A stretch of 64,000 nt of DNA from an uncultured delta proteobacterium (GTDB taxonomy: Bacteria > Desulfobacterota > Binatia > JACPRU01). Position numbers and translations under genes: made by a program. The notes below the pieces were generated by a model. The model made no database searches. It worked only from the letters and a program-made list of their open reading frames with translations, and was not told the origin of the DNA. The stretch is taken from NCBI GenBank assembly GCA_963745025.1, contig CAVUWD010000016.1, positions 64,001 to 128,000 on the forward strand. Direction: 5' to 3'. Shown here one piece after another: positions 29,630 to 38,986 of this stretch; position 1 is the first letter of the stretch, and every line of letters begins with the position of its first letter.

Positions 29630-30012
29630 CCGGGCTGTACGGCTACCAATCGGTGAACGTCGAGGCCCAGCAACGCTCGGGCTCGTCGCTGCTGTCCTGG
29701 ATGAAGCGGCTGATCGCGCTGGTGAAGCGACATCCGGCATTTCGCCGCGGCAGCTTCGAGATCCTCCAGCCGGCCAACCGCAAGATCTTCGCCTTCGTCC
29801 GGCAGTTCCACGACGACGCGCTGCTCGCCGCCAACAACCTGTCGCGCTTCGCGCAGGCGGTGGAGCTCGATCTCTCCCGCTTCCAGGGATGGACGCCCGT
29901 CGAGCTGTTCGGGGATACGCCGTTCCCGAGGATCGGCGAGCCGCCGTATCTGCTGACGCTAGGCCCGCACGGCTTCTTCTGGTTCAAGCTGGTTCCGCCG
30001 CGGGACGTGTGA
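29630..30012 (+). pseudogene. treS: Trehalose synthase TreS C-terminal fragment
   Basis: YGYQSVNVEAQQR...SLLSWMKRLI...NNLSRFAQAVELDL...PYLLTLGPHGFFWF; no start. Confidence 0.85.
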
Positions 30013-30045
30013 CTCTAGGAGACGCGGGCTGGCGACGCGGGATCG

Positions 30046-30837
30046 TTAGCCCGAGCGTGAAGTGCGATACTCGGCGATCGCCTTCAGCATGCCGGCCGTC
30101 TCTCGCGGCGTGCGCAGATAGTAGGCGGCCTCGCTCGTGCGCAGCGGGTTCATCACCGCGACGGTGAGGTGGTCCGGGAACGCGCGGAACACGTCCTCGT
30201 CGGTGAGGTCATCGCCGACGAAAGCCAGACCGCCGGCGCCAAGCGCCTGGAATACCTCGCCGATCGCGCGATGTTTGCATGCGCCGAGCGGCCGAGCCTC
30301 GACGACCATGTGGCCGGAGAGACATTCGAGAGGTGCTCCGTCTTCGCGCTCGCGCTCGACTTCGCGCACGAACGCGGTGATGGCCGTGGCGGCACGCGCA
30401 GGCTCGAGGCCCCGCACGTGCAGAGCGATCGAGTGAACCTTGTCCTCGATGCGGCCGCCCGCACCGATCGCGGCGTCGAGGCGCGGGCGCAGCCGCTCGA
30501 GCGCGCGATCGGAGAGCAGCGGATCGAAGCGCAAACGGTGCGGTTCGTCGGCCATCGCCACCTCGAGCCCGTGAAGGCCGATCCAGACGTGCAGCGGGGG
30601 CAGCAAGCGACGCAAGTCCTCGATCGCGCGGCCGCTCGCCACGCCGATGCGGAGACCCGGGCTGGCCTCGGCGAGCAGCCGGCCGAGCGCAATCGCCGCG
30701 GTCGTCTCGAGGCGTGCCGCATCCGGCGTCGGCGCGAACGGGGCGAGGGTGCCGTCGAAGTCCAGCATGAGAAGCGCATCCGGCAGGCGCGCAAAGCGAT
30801 TGAGGACCTCCGGCGCCTCTTCGAGCAGGTGGCGCAT
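30046..30837 (-). CDS. otsB: Trehalose-6-phosphate phosphatase
   Basis: HAD motifs LDFDGTL, ASGR, GLHGLE, FVGDDLTDED. Confidence 0.9.
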   Translation of the reverse strand: MRHLLEEAPEVLNRFARLPDALLMLDFDGTLAPFAPTPDAARLETTAAIALGRLLAEASPGLRIGVASGRAIEDLRRLLPPLHVWIGLHGLEVAMADEPHRLRFDPLLSDRALERLRPRLDAAIGAGGRIEDKVHSIALHVRGLEPARAATAITAFVREVEREREDGAPLECLSGHMVVEARPLGACKHRAIGEVFQALGAGGLAFVGDDLTDEDVFRAFPDHLTVAVMNPLRTSEAAYYLRTPRETAGMLKAIAEYRTSRSG

Positions 30838-31397
30838 CAGCGACGCGTCGGACGCGCGCGCCGCGCCGTGGGCCCTGCGCGCCTCGTCCGCTTCTTCGCG
30901 GCTCGACCACGGCCGCCGTCCACGGTGGCAGCGGCGGCGAGAAACCATCCGAGCCACCACTGCATGTCTTCGCTCACGACCCGCCGGCGCATCGCGCGCA
31001 TCGCCGTCCGGCGCTCGGTTGGCTTCATCGCCAGGGCGCACTCGATCGCGCGGCACAAACCGTTCACGTCGTAGGGGTTGACGATCAGCGCCTCGCGCAG
31101 CCGCTCGGCGGCGCCGGCGAAGCGCGACAGGATCAGCACGCCGTCCTCGTCCGCGCGCGTCGCGACGAACTCCTGGGCGACGAGGTTCATGCCGTCGCGA
31201 AGCGGCGTCACCAAGAGCGCGTCGGCGGCGCGGTAAAAGACCGCGACCTCGCGCCGGCTGAATCCGTGACAGATGTAGCGCAGCGGCGTCCACTCCACGG
31301 TCGACAGCCGACCCGTGATGCGGCGACGGAACGAGAAGGGTGCGCGGTTGGAGATGATGAGCAACCGCTGGTTGCGTGTCGCCGAGCTCGCCGTCAT
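30837..31397 (-). pseudogene. otsA: Trehalose-6-phosphate synthase with a large in-frame internal deletion
   Basis: RLLIISNRAP joined directly to WTPLRY...[12 protein letters not shown]...LIVNPYD; 186 aa. Confidence 0.85.
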
Positions 31398-31750
31398 GGC
31401 ATTTCGGGAGCCGAGGCCGGCAATGCGAGGTGGCCGACGCGGCACCCGTATTCCGCCGGCGCGCGGCTTCTGCGCCGGATCTCCTGCTGATGCCCGGATT
31501 GTGTCGCTTGCGGACGCCGCGTTCAAGGCATGAAACACGCGATGCTCGCCGAGATCGAAGCCCAAGAACGGAGCCACGAATTGTGAAGCGGTTTGATTAC
31601 GCCTTGGTGCGCAAGCACGGAGAATCTGTTGCTGTTGGCGGGCACGAGCACCGGCAGCGCCGCCGCGAGCAGAAGACCGGCCCACCCACGATGGAGCGCA
31701 AGTCGTCGGTAGTCGCGCCGTGTGGCTTGGGGCATACTGCCGCCAGCGTC

Positions 31751-32515
31751 ATGGCTCGCGCGCCTTCGCTGACTACCCTGAGCGCGACGCTGCGCTCGCT
31801 GCCGAAAGAGGTACGGCTTCTCGCCGCGCTCTTTGCCGCTGCGTTCTGGCTGTGGGCCGTGGTGCTCCTCGTCGCCACCATCGGCTATGCGCGCATTCAG
31901 AAGTTCGACGAGCGCGTCTTGCTGTGGTTCCGCAATCCCACCGACCTCTCGGTGCCGATCGGCCCCGAGTGGCTGCTCGGCGCCGCCAGAGAGATCACCG
32001 CCCTCGGCAGCGCGACGGTGCTGCTGATCCTGATCTTCAGCGTGGCGGGCTATCTGCTGCTCGAGCGCCGCTACGGTCTGGCGTCGCTGGTGCTGGTCTC
32101 GACGTTCGGTGGCATGCTGATCAGCACCCTGCTCAAGGGCTTTTTCGGCCGCCCGCGGCCGACCGTCGTCCCCCACCTCGTACCTGTCAGCTCGCACAGC
32201 TTTCCGAGCGGCCACTCGCTGCTCGCGGCCGTAGTCTATTTGACGCTCGGGGCTTTGCTCGCCCGCGATGCCAACGACCGCGTCACCAAGGTCTACTTGA
32301 TCATGCTCTCGACGACGCTCACCGTGTTGATCGGCTTGTCTCGAATGTACGTCGGCGTCCACTATCCAACCGACGTCCTCGGCGGCTGGGTCGCCGGCAC
32401 GTTCTGGGCGTTGTGCTGCGGCTTGAGCGCCCGCGAGCTGCAGCGCCGGCGCGTCATCGCGCCGATCGAGAAGCCCGACCCTCAACGGGTGACCCGCTCG
32501 AGCTCGGCCACCTGA
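31751..32515 (+). CDS. PAP2-family membrane phosphatase
   Basis: KGFFGRPRP, SFPSGH, SRMYVGVHYPTDV. Confidence 0.92.
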   Translation: MARAPSLTTLSATLRSLPKEVRLLAALFAAAFWLWAVVLLVATIGYARIQKFDERVLLWFRNPTDLSVPIGPEWLLGAAREITALGSATVLLILIFSVAGYLLLERRYGLASLVLVSTFGGMLISTLLKGFFGRPRPTVVPHLVPVSSHSFPSGHSLLAAVVYLTLGALLARDANDRVTKVYLIMLSTTLTVLIGLSRMYVGVHYPTDVLGGWVAGTFWALCCGLSARELQRRRVIAPIEKPDPQRVTRSSSAT

Positions 32516-34140
32516 AGGGTGCCGCCGATCCACGCGAGCACGACCCGGGTGGGCGGGCTCCAGCGGTCTCCCGCGTCGTGGCTGGTCTCGATCTCGACCT
32601 GCGTCTCGGCATCGCTCGCCGCCAGCGGCACGAGGGGCTCGCGCGTCACCGTCCACTCGCGGCCAGGCGTGCGGTAACGGTACTCCACGACCGAAGGGTC
32701 GACGACGCCGCTCGGCACTACGAGGTCCTCGAATCGCAGCGACGATTCGCCGACGACGAGGTGGTCGATCGGATTGATCCGCAGCCAGTCGAAGTACTCG
32801 CGTGCGATGCGCTGGCGGCGCTCGACGAGGATCGCGGTCAGCAGGTCCGCGACCCGCGGATCCGCCCACTCCCCCGTGTGCGCGATGATGCGGACGTCCT
32901 GGTCGGTGAGCGAAGCGACGAGCTTCGCACCCCAGAACTTGTCGCGCAGCGTGGCGCGATCGAAAGCCGGATTGATGTAGGTCGGCTTCCAGCCCTCTGG
33001 ATCGAAGGTCGAGCTCTCGAAGTAGCCGAGCGCCGGATGCGTCAGCGGCAGCCGCGCCCAGTCCGGCGTGAGCTGCCACAGCGTGAGCGCCCGGAGCAGT
33101 ACCTTGGGTAGATCGAAGAAATACTCGTGACCGAGCTTTGGGTCCTTGTAGTCGACGTTTCCGGCGCCGAAGCCGCTCGAGAAGTCGAGCACGTAGTGAA
33201 CGATGTGCCCGCCCGAGCCGGGCTCGGTGGAATCCGCAACGAACGTGTCGAGAAAATTGCCCCGCCGGCCGTCGGTGAAGCTGATGAACGCGGCCACCGT
33301 ACGCAAGCCGCGTAGCTCCCGCCTGTCCTCGTGGCGAACCGTGTCGTTGGGGTCGTCGCGACGCACCCCGATGAGCGGCGGCGATCCCTTGGTCGTGCCC
33401 GGGATGAGTCGACTCGCGAGCACACGCATGCGTCCGTCGGGCAAGCGGTACGCCCGCGCGAGCAAGCGACGCAAGCCATCCTCGGTGAGCGGGGTCTTGC
33501 GCCCCCGCTCGTTCTTCGCGGTCGCATCCGAAGCGATCGTCAGCCGCTTTTCGTCGAGCGAGAATAGATAGTACTCGGGAACGTTCCAGCCGAGCGCCCA
33601 GATGATCTTGGAGCACACCAGCTCGGCGCCGGTCGCGAGGTCGGGGTAGTCCGGCGGATCGAACTTCACGACGTAGCGGTCGCCCTTCGCGTCACGCATC
33701 ACGAAGCCCGGCGTCATGCCGAGCGACTTGCCCGACAGCACCACGAGCGGCCCGGTTGCAGACGGCGGGTGCCCGGTGTTCGGCCCCTGCGCGAGCGCTT
33801 GCGCGCTCAGACGCCGGCGCGCGTGACGGTTGGTGAACCACGTGGAGTCCGGAACCTCGTCGAGGGCGTTGGTATTGGCGGCTTCTCTCGGGCCCACCAC
33901 GCGCGCGATCTCGCCGACAGTACGTACCAAGTGGCCGAGATCGAGCACCTTGCCGAGCGGGTAGAGCGCCATGTTGTGCACGCCGTCCCACCAGACGTAG
34001 TCGCCCTCGTGGTCCTCGGCGGGCTCGGCAATCGGTAGGTCGTCGTTATCCTTCCAGAGAACGGGCTCGCGGATCGGCACCGCGGCTGCCGAAGCTACGA
34101 GGATGAAAACGACGAGCGCCGATGTGGGGAGCCGCTTCAC
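32482..34140 (-). CDS. Exported hypothetical protein with an atypical (HipA/PI3K-like) kinase fold
   Basis: Signal peptide MKRLPTSALVVFILVASAAA; GKSLGMTPGF, YVVKFD, GAE...ALGWNVP, DGRRGN, VLDFSSGFG. Confidence 0.65.
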   Translation of the reverse strand: MKRLPTSALVVFILVASAAAVPIREPVLWKDNDDLPIAEPAEDHEGDYVWWDGVHNMALYPLGKVLDLGHLVRTVGEIARVVGPREAANTNALDEVPDSTWFTNRHARRRLSAQALAQGPNTGHPPSATGPLVVLSGKSLGMTPGFVMRDAKGDRYVVKFDPPDYPDLATGAELVCSKIIWALGWNVPEYYLFSLDEKRLTIASDATAKNERGRKTPLTEDGLRRLLARAYRLPDGRMRVLASRLIPGTTKGSPPLIGVRRDDPNDTVRHEDRRELRGLRTVAAFISFTDGRRGNFLDTFVADSTEPGSGGHIVHYVLDFSSGFGAGNVDYKDPKLGHEYFFDLPKVLLRALTLWQLTPDWARLPLTHPALGYFESSTFDPEGWKPTYINPAFDRATLRDKFWGAKLVASLTDQDVRIIAHTGEWADPRVADLLTAILVERRQRIAREYFDWLRINPIDHLVVGESSLRFEDLVVPSGVVDPSVVEYRYRTPGREWTVTREPLVPLAASDAETQVEIETSHDAGDRWSPPTRVVLAWIGGTLQVAELERVTR

Positions 34141-34454
34141 GGCTCGGAACGCTCCCGGCGGACAGGCCAAAGGACGACGTCGGCGATGCGTTCATCCAGC
34201 CGGGCCGCTTCGGCCCAGATGAGCGCTTGCTTGAGCGGCCAGGCTGCAAGCAGCACGATCTGGTTGGGAAGCGCCAGCGCCGCGCGCCACAGCGGCCACT
34301 CCTCGCGGACGAGGCGGCGCTCGCGCACCTCGTTGGGCGGAAGCGGCGGAGCGGCCTGCGCCGCGGAAGCGAGCGCGCCGATCACGAGCAGCATACCGAG
34401 CCCCACCTGCGCGGTAGCGAATCGGCGACGCGTGCGTTCTAGAGCTCTAGCCAC
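34137..34454 (-). CDS. Small exported/membrane hypothetical protein
   Basis: 105 aa, signal peptide ending AQA, amphipathic helices; GTGA overlap with the kinase gene. Confidence 0.6.
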   Translation of the reverse strand: MARALERTRRRFATAQVGLGMLLVIGALASAAQAAPPLPPNEVRERRLVREEWPLWRAALALPNQIVLLAAWPLKQALIWAEAARLDERIADVVLWPVRRERSEP

Positions 34455-34459
34455 GGCGA

Positions 34460-35887
34460 TCAGAAGGTGTGACCGAAGACCACGTAGACGAGGCCCTTCT
34501 CTTCGTCGCTGAACCCGACGTCGATCCGCGCTACCAGCGCCTCGCCGAGAGCGATGCGCGTGCCGCCGCCGTAGCTGTAGCGAAACTCGTTGTCGGTGCG
34601 CGGAATTGTGGCCGGTGGCTCGCCGAGCTCGCGCGCGATGTCCTCTTCGTCCATGAAGACCCGCCCAGCGTCACCGAATGCGACACCGTCGATCTGCACC
34701 TGCCAGATGCCGAAGAAGTTGAAGTCGAAGAGCTTCAGACGGTACTCGCCGTTGATCATCACGTTGCTGGTGCCAAGGAAGCGATCCTGGAAGAATCCGC
34801 GCAGGTCGCGCGAGCCGCCGAGTGAGGCGAGCTCGTAGAATGGCACCTGGCGCGCCTTGGCATCGATGTACTGCCCGCCGATGTGCAGTCCGATCACCTG
34901 ACGGCGCGTGAACAGCGGATAGAGATAGCTTCCCTCGAGGTTGTAGCGCGCGTACTCGAAGTCGTTCCCCAATCCGCGCGGGACCCACGTCGCCTTGGCG
35001 ATGATGCTCCAGCCGCGCGTCGGCCGTGCCAGCTCTTGACGGTCGTTGAAGAGCACGGCGAATGCCAGTGGACTCGACCGCCCGCCGGCGATGCCGGCCA
35101 TATCCGGAAACAGCGCCGGTGTGGAGGGAGTGGAGTCCTCGAGGTGGCCGTGACTGATTTGCACTTCGTTGTACGCGCCCGACGCGACCAAGGTGAAGCG
35201 GCGAGACAAGCGAAGAGCGAGCGCGAGGGTTCCGGTGATGCGTTGGTAGCGATTGGTCGACAGCTCGTCCGGCCCGACGTCGTTGTTGCCGAGACCGAAG
35301 AACTCCTTGGTCGGATCGGTGTAGTACTCGCCTTCAGCGAGCAGCATCAGCCAGTCAGTGCCGAGCGACGGCGAGATCAGGACTGTGTCGAGATGGTACT
35401 GACCCTTTAGGGCGGCGCTTGCGGCGAAGTCGAGCGTCAAGTGAAGCGACGTCATGTCGCGGTTCGTGAACTTGACGCCACCATTCGGGCCCTTTTCCGG
35501 GCTGTAGCCGACCTCGGGAAGAACCGCCCAGTGCCGCGCTGTCGCCGTCTCGCCTCCAGGTTTGGGCGGGGGCTGGGTCTGTTGACCGCCGCCTGCCGGC
35601 TCGCTCGGCGTCTCACCTCCAGGTTGGGGGGGCGGCTGTTTCTCGTCCCCGCGGCCCGCCGGCTCGCTTGTCCCCTCACCTCCTTGCGGTTTCTCTGCTG
35701 TCGCTTCCGCTTCCTTTGCACGCTCCGACTGGATGACCTCGAGGATGCTTCGCTCGCTCGCGATCGGATCCTGCTCGGCCCAGACCGTCATCGCACCGGG
35801 CGCGACCAGCCACGACACGGACAATGCGGCAAAACCGGCTACTGGTGACCGACCCACGCCTCCTCTCCCGTAGCTACGAATTCTCAC
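34460..35887 (-). CDS. Omp85/BamA-TamA family outer-membrane beta-barrel without obvious POTRA domains
   Basis: LGGSRDLRGF loop-6 motif, GEYR, AFGDAGRV, terminal VFGHTF; N-terminal Pro/Gly 21-aa repeat. Confidence 0.85.
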   Translation of the reverse strand: MRIRSYGRGGVGRSPVAGFAALSVSWLVAPGAMTVWAEQDPIASERSILEVIQSERAKEAEATAEKPQGGEGTSEPAGRGDEKQPPPQPGGETPSEPAGGGQQTQPPPKPGGETATARHWAVLPEVGYSPEKGPNGGVKFTNRDMTSLHLTLDFAASAALKGQYHLDTVLISPSLGTDWLMLLAEGEYYTDPTKEFFGLGNNDVGPDELSTNRYQRITGTLALALRLSRRFTLVASGAYNEVQISHGHLEDSTPSTPALFPDMAGIAGGRSSPLAFAVLFNDRQELARPTRGWSIIAKATWVPRGLGNDFEYARYNLEGSYLYPLFTRRQVIGLHIGGQYIDAKARQVPFYELASLGGSRDLRGFFQDRFLGTSNVMINGEYRLKLFDFNFFGIWQVQIDGVAFGDAGRVFMDEEDIARELGEPPATIPRTDNEFRYSYGGGTRIALGEALVARIDVGFSDEEKGLVYVVFGHTF

Positions 35888-36049
35888 TACGCACCTCCGT
35901 CACCCTCACATCCGAGCTCTGTCGACGAAGACGATTCGCCCGGCGCGTGTTCACCGATTGGAAGTCCTATAGTAACAACCGTAGGCACGCCTAGGTTTCG
36001 CTGATCTCTGGGCGAGCAACTCGAACGAGGCTTTGGGGGTTGAGAGCTG

Positions 36050-37501
36050 ATGGCTAGGCAATCTCAGTGGCCACCTGCGGCTTCCACCCGTAGGCTGGAG
36101 GAGCTGCTCTACTCTCCCGCCGATCGGCTGTTGGCGATCTTCAGCGACATCCAGCCGGGTGAGGGCATCGTCGGCTTCGCGATGCTCGGGGCCGTGTTCC
36201 TGCTGCTCACCTCCGTGTATTTCCTGAAACCCGCGCGTGATGGTTTGTTGGCCATCTCGGGTGTGCCGGGCCTGTCCGACATGGAGCTCAAGGCGTACTC
36301 GAGCTTCGGACAGAGCCTTCTCCTGCTCGGTATCGTCCCGCTCTACTCACGCTTCGCAACGGCGCTCGATCGGCGCTCGCTCGCGCGCGGCCTCACGCTG
36401 TTCTTCGTGTCTAACCTCATAGTGTTCTGGCTCCTCCAGCCCGGTTTGGTCGTCGACCACGCGCCGTTTCTCGGCATCGTCTTCTATCTCTGGTTCGGCG
36501 TCTTCAACCTACTCGCCCTCGTGCAGTTCTGGTCGTTCGCAGCCGACTTCTACAGCGAGGAGGGGGGACGGCGGCTATTTCCGGCGATCGCCGTCGGTGC
36601 GACCGCCGGCTCGGCGGCCGGAGCCTGGCTCGCCAAGATGTTGGTCCGCTCGGGCATCTTCTCGACGTACGCGCTGCTTCTCGCCGCCGCCCTGGCGCTG
36701 ATCGGCTCGCTGGCGCTGCTGATGTTCGCCGAGTCGCGCGGCGGGGTGACGAGCGAAACGCCTGCCGCTGCGGCTTTAGAAGCAGTCGAGAGACGTGGCG
36801 CATTTCGCCTGGTGCTGTCGCACCGTTACCTGCTCGCCACGGCCGTCGTCATCCTGATTGCCAACTGGGTGAAGACCAACAGCGACAACCTGCTGTTCGC
36901 GATCGTGCAGGAAGTCGTCGGCCAGGAAGCTAGCGCCCGCGGCCTGTCTGGCTCGGCCGCGCTCGACCGCTTCACGGCCGACCAGACCACGACCTTCTAC
37001 GGTGACCTGTTCTTCTGGGTGAACGTGGCGGCGCTGTTGGTGCAGTCGCTGTTCGCGTCGAGGATCCTGAAGTATGGCGGCTTCGGGGCGCTATTCCTCG
37101 TCCTGCCGACGATCTCGATGATCGCCTACCCACTGCTCGTCGTGGCGCCGGTTCTGGCGCTTTTCCGCATCACCAAGGTCATCGAGGACGCGACCAACTA
37201 CTCGTTGCACAACACCGCCACCCAGGTGCTGTGGCTGCCGACCACGCGGGAGATGAAATACAAGGGCAAGGCCGCAATCGACACCTTCTTCGTACGCCTC
37301 GGCGACGCGCTCGCCGCGCTCACGACGTTCGTTGGCATCCAGCTGCTAACGGTGCCCGCGAAGGAGTTCTTTACGCTGAACACGGTGCTGGCGTTTGCCT
37401 GGCTCGCGGCGGCGCTCGTCGTCGTGCGCGAGCACGACGTGCTCGTCGCCGCCTCGGGGGCGAGCGAGAGGAGCGCCGCAACTTCGGGTGCAATCGCGTG
37501 A
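36050..37501 (+). CDS. Npt/TLC-family nucleotide (ATP/ADP) translocase homologue 1
   Basis: FLKPARD, QFWSFAAD...RLFPAI, NYSLHNT...LWLP...KYKGKAAIDTFFVRLGD; about 12 TM. Confidence 0.85.
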   Translation: MARQSQWPPAASTRRLEELLYSPADRLLAIFSDIQPGEGIVGFAMLGAVFLLLTSVYFLKPARDGLLAISGVPGLSDMELKAYSSFGQSLLLLGIVPLYSRFATALDRRSLARGLTLFFVSNLIVFWLLQPGLVVDHAPFLGIVFYLWFGVFNLLALVQFWSFAADFYSEEGGRRLFPAIAVGATAGSAAGAWLAKMLVRSGIFSTYALLLAAALALIGSLALLMFAESRGGVTSETPAAAALEAVERRGAFRLVLSHRYLLATAVVILIANWVKTNSDNLLFAIVQEVVGQEASARGLSGSAALDRFTADQTTTFYGDLFFWVNVAALLVQSLFASRILKYGGFGALFLVLPTISMIAYPLLVVAPVLALFRITKVIEDATNYSLHNTATQVLWLPTTREMKYKGKAAIDTFFVRLGDALAALTTFVGIQLLTVPAKEFFTLNTVLAFAWLAAALVVVREHDVLVAASGASERSAATSGAIA

Positions 37502-37533
37502 TTACACCAAGGACCCGCAGACAGAATCGGCCG

Positions 37534-37549
37534 GGGCTCGCTCTTTGCT
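37534..37549 (+). promoter_or_regulatory. Candidate sigma54 promoter
   Basis: GGGCTCG-CTCT-TTGCT with GG-N10-GC spacing, between the two translocase genes. Confidence 0.4.
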
Positions 37550-37570
37550 CCGAGACATGGACGGCTCGAC

Positions 37571-38986
37571 GTGAGTTCTCATGGGGCTAAGCAGACGCGG
37601 ACAAGAAGTCGCTTGTCCGTGCTCGAGCGCACGCTGAGTGTCTTCACCGAGATCCATCCTGGTGAAGGACCGACCGGCATATACATGCTGATCGGCGTGT
37701 TTTTTGTCCTGGCCGCCTATTACTTCGTCAAGCCGGCGCGCGACGGCCTGCTCGCCATCTCACCGGCCGGCGGGCTGTCCGATACCGAGCTCAAGGCCTA
37801 CTCGAGCTTGGCGCAGAGCGTATGTCTGATCGGCGCGCTGCCGCTCTACGATCGGATCTCGAAGCGGCTGCCGCGGCGCTCTCTCCTGACCGTCGTCACG
37901 CTGTTCTTTGCGGCGAATCTGCTGGTGTTCTGGGCGCTGCAGCCCGGGCTCGTGTTCACCAACGTCACCTACGCGGGGCTCGTCTTCTATCTCTGGGTCG
38001 GCATCTTCAACGTCTTCATCGTCGCTCAGTTCTGGTCCTTCGCCGCCGATCTCTACAGCGAGGAAAGCGGCAAGCGGCTGTTTCCGCTGATCGCCATCGG
38101 TGCCACCGCGGGGGCGGCGAGCGGCGCGTGGATGGCGAAGCGCCTGGTCGGGTCCGTGGGCACCTACGGGTTGCTGCTGGTGGCGGCAGCCGTGCTGGCG
38201 CTCTCGCTGATCGCCATTCGCATGGCGGACTCGCTCGGTGCCGAAGGCCCCCGACCGAGCGAACCAGAAGCTGCGCCCGCACAGCCGCGTGACCCCTCGG
38301 GGGGGCTCCGCCTGGTCTTCCGCCACAAGTACCTCATCGCCACCGCCTTCCTCGTGCTCGTGCTCAACTGGGTGAACACCAACGGCGAGAATTTCCTGTT
38401 CGGCGCGGTCGAGAAGCACATCCACGCCGAGGCCGTGGCGCGCGGCATTCCACAGGGCGAACCGACCGAAACCTTCATTCGTGACCAGACGACTCGCTTC
38501 TACGGCGACATGTTCTTCTGGGTGAACGTGACAGCGCTGTTCCTGCAGACGCTGGTGGCCTCGCGGCTGATCCGCTACGGCGGCTTCGGCGCCATCCTGC
38601 TGGCATTGCCAGCGATCTCGCTCACCGCCTACGTCGTCATGGCGCTGCATCCGACGCTCGGCACGATCCGGCGCATGAAGATCGCCGAGAATGTCACCGA
38701 CTACTCGATCAACAATACGGCCAAGCAAGTGCTCTGGCTGCCGACGACCTTGGACATGAAGTACCGCGCCAAGGCGACCATCGACACGCTGTTCGTCCGG
38801 GCAGGAGACGCGCTGGCCGCTGTCACCGCCTTCGTCGGCGTGAAGCTGCTCGAAGCGCCGCCGCGTGCGCTCTTCGGCTTCAACGCTGTGCTGGTTCTCG
38901 CCTGGCTCGCGCTCGCCGTGGTCATCGTCGCTGAGCACGAGCGTCTGTCGAGCCGTCCGCGCTCGTGCCGCAAGGCTGCCGCGTGA
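37571..38986 (+). CDS. Npt/TLC-family nucleotide (ATP/ADP) translocase homologue 2
   Basis: YYFVKPARD, QFWSFAADLY...KRLFPLI, DYSINNT...KYRAKATIDT. Confidence 0.85.
   Translation: MSSHGAKQTRTRSRLSVLERTLSVFTEIHPGEGPTGIYMLIGVFFVLAAYYFVKPARDGLLAISPAGGLSDTELKAYSSLAQSVCLIGALPLYDRISKRLPRRSLLTVVTLFFAANLLVFWALQPGLVFTNVTYAGLVFYLWVGIFNVFIVAQFWSFAADLYSEESGKRLFPLIAIGATAGAASGAWMAKRLVGSVGTYGLLLVAAAVLALSLIAIRMADSLGAEGPRPSEPEAAPAQPRDPSGGLRLVFRHKYLIATAFLVLVLNWVNTNGENFLFGAVEKHIHAEAVARGIPQGEPTETFIRDQTTRFYGDMFFWVNVTALFLQTLVASRLIRYGGFGAILLALPAISLTAYVVMALHPTLGTIRRMKIAENVTDYSINNTAKQVLWLPTTLDMKYRAKATIDTLFVRAGDALAAVTAFVGVKLLEAPPRALFGFNAVLVLAWLALAVVIVAEHERLSSRPRSCRKAAA

Noticed and set aside
29569-29630. ORF start inside tmRNA giving a 147-aa protein
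   Set aside because: Fortuitous ATG in the tmRNA in frame with the treS remnant
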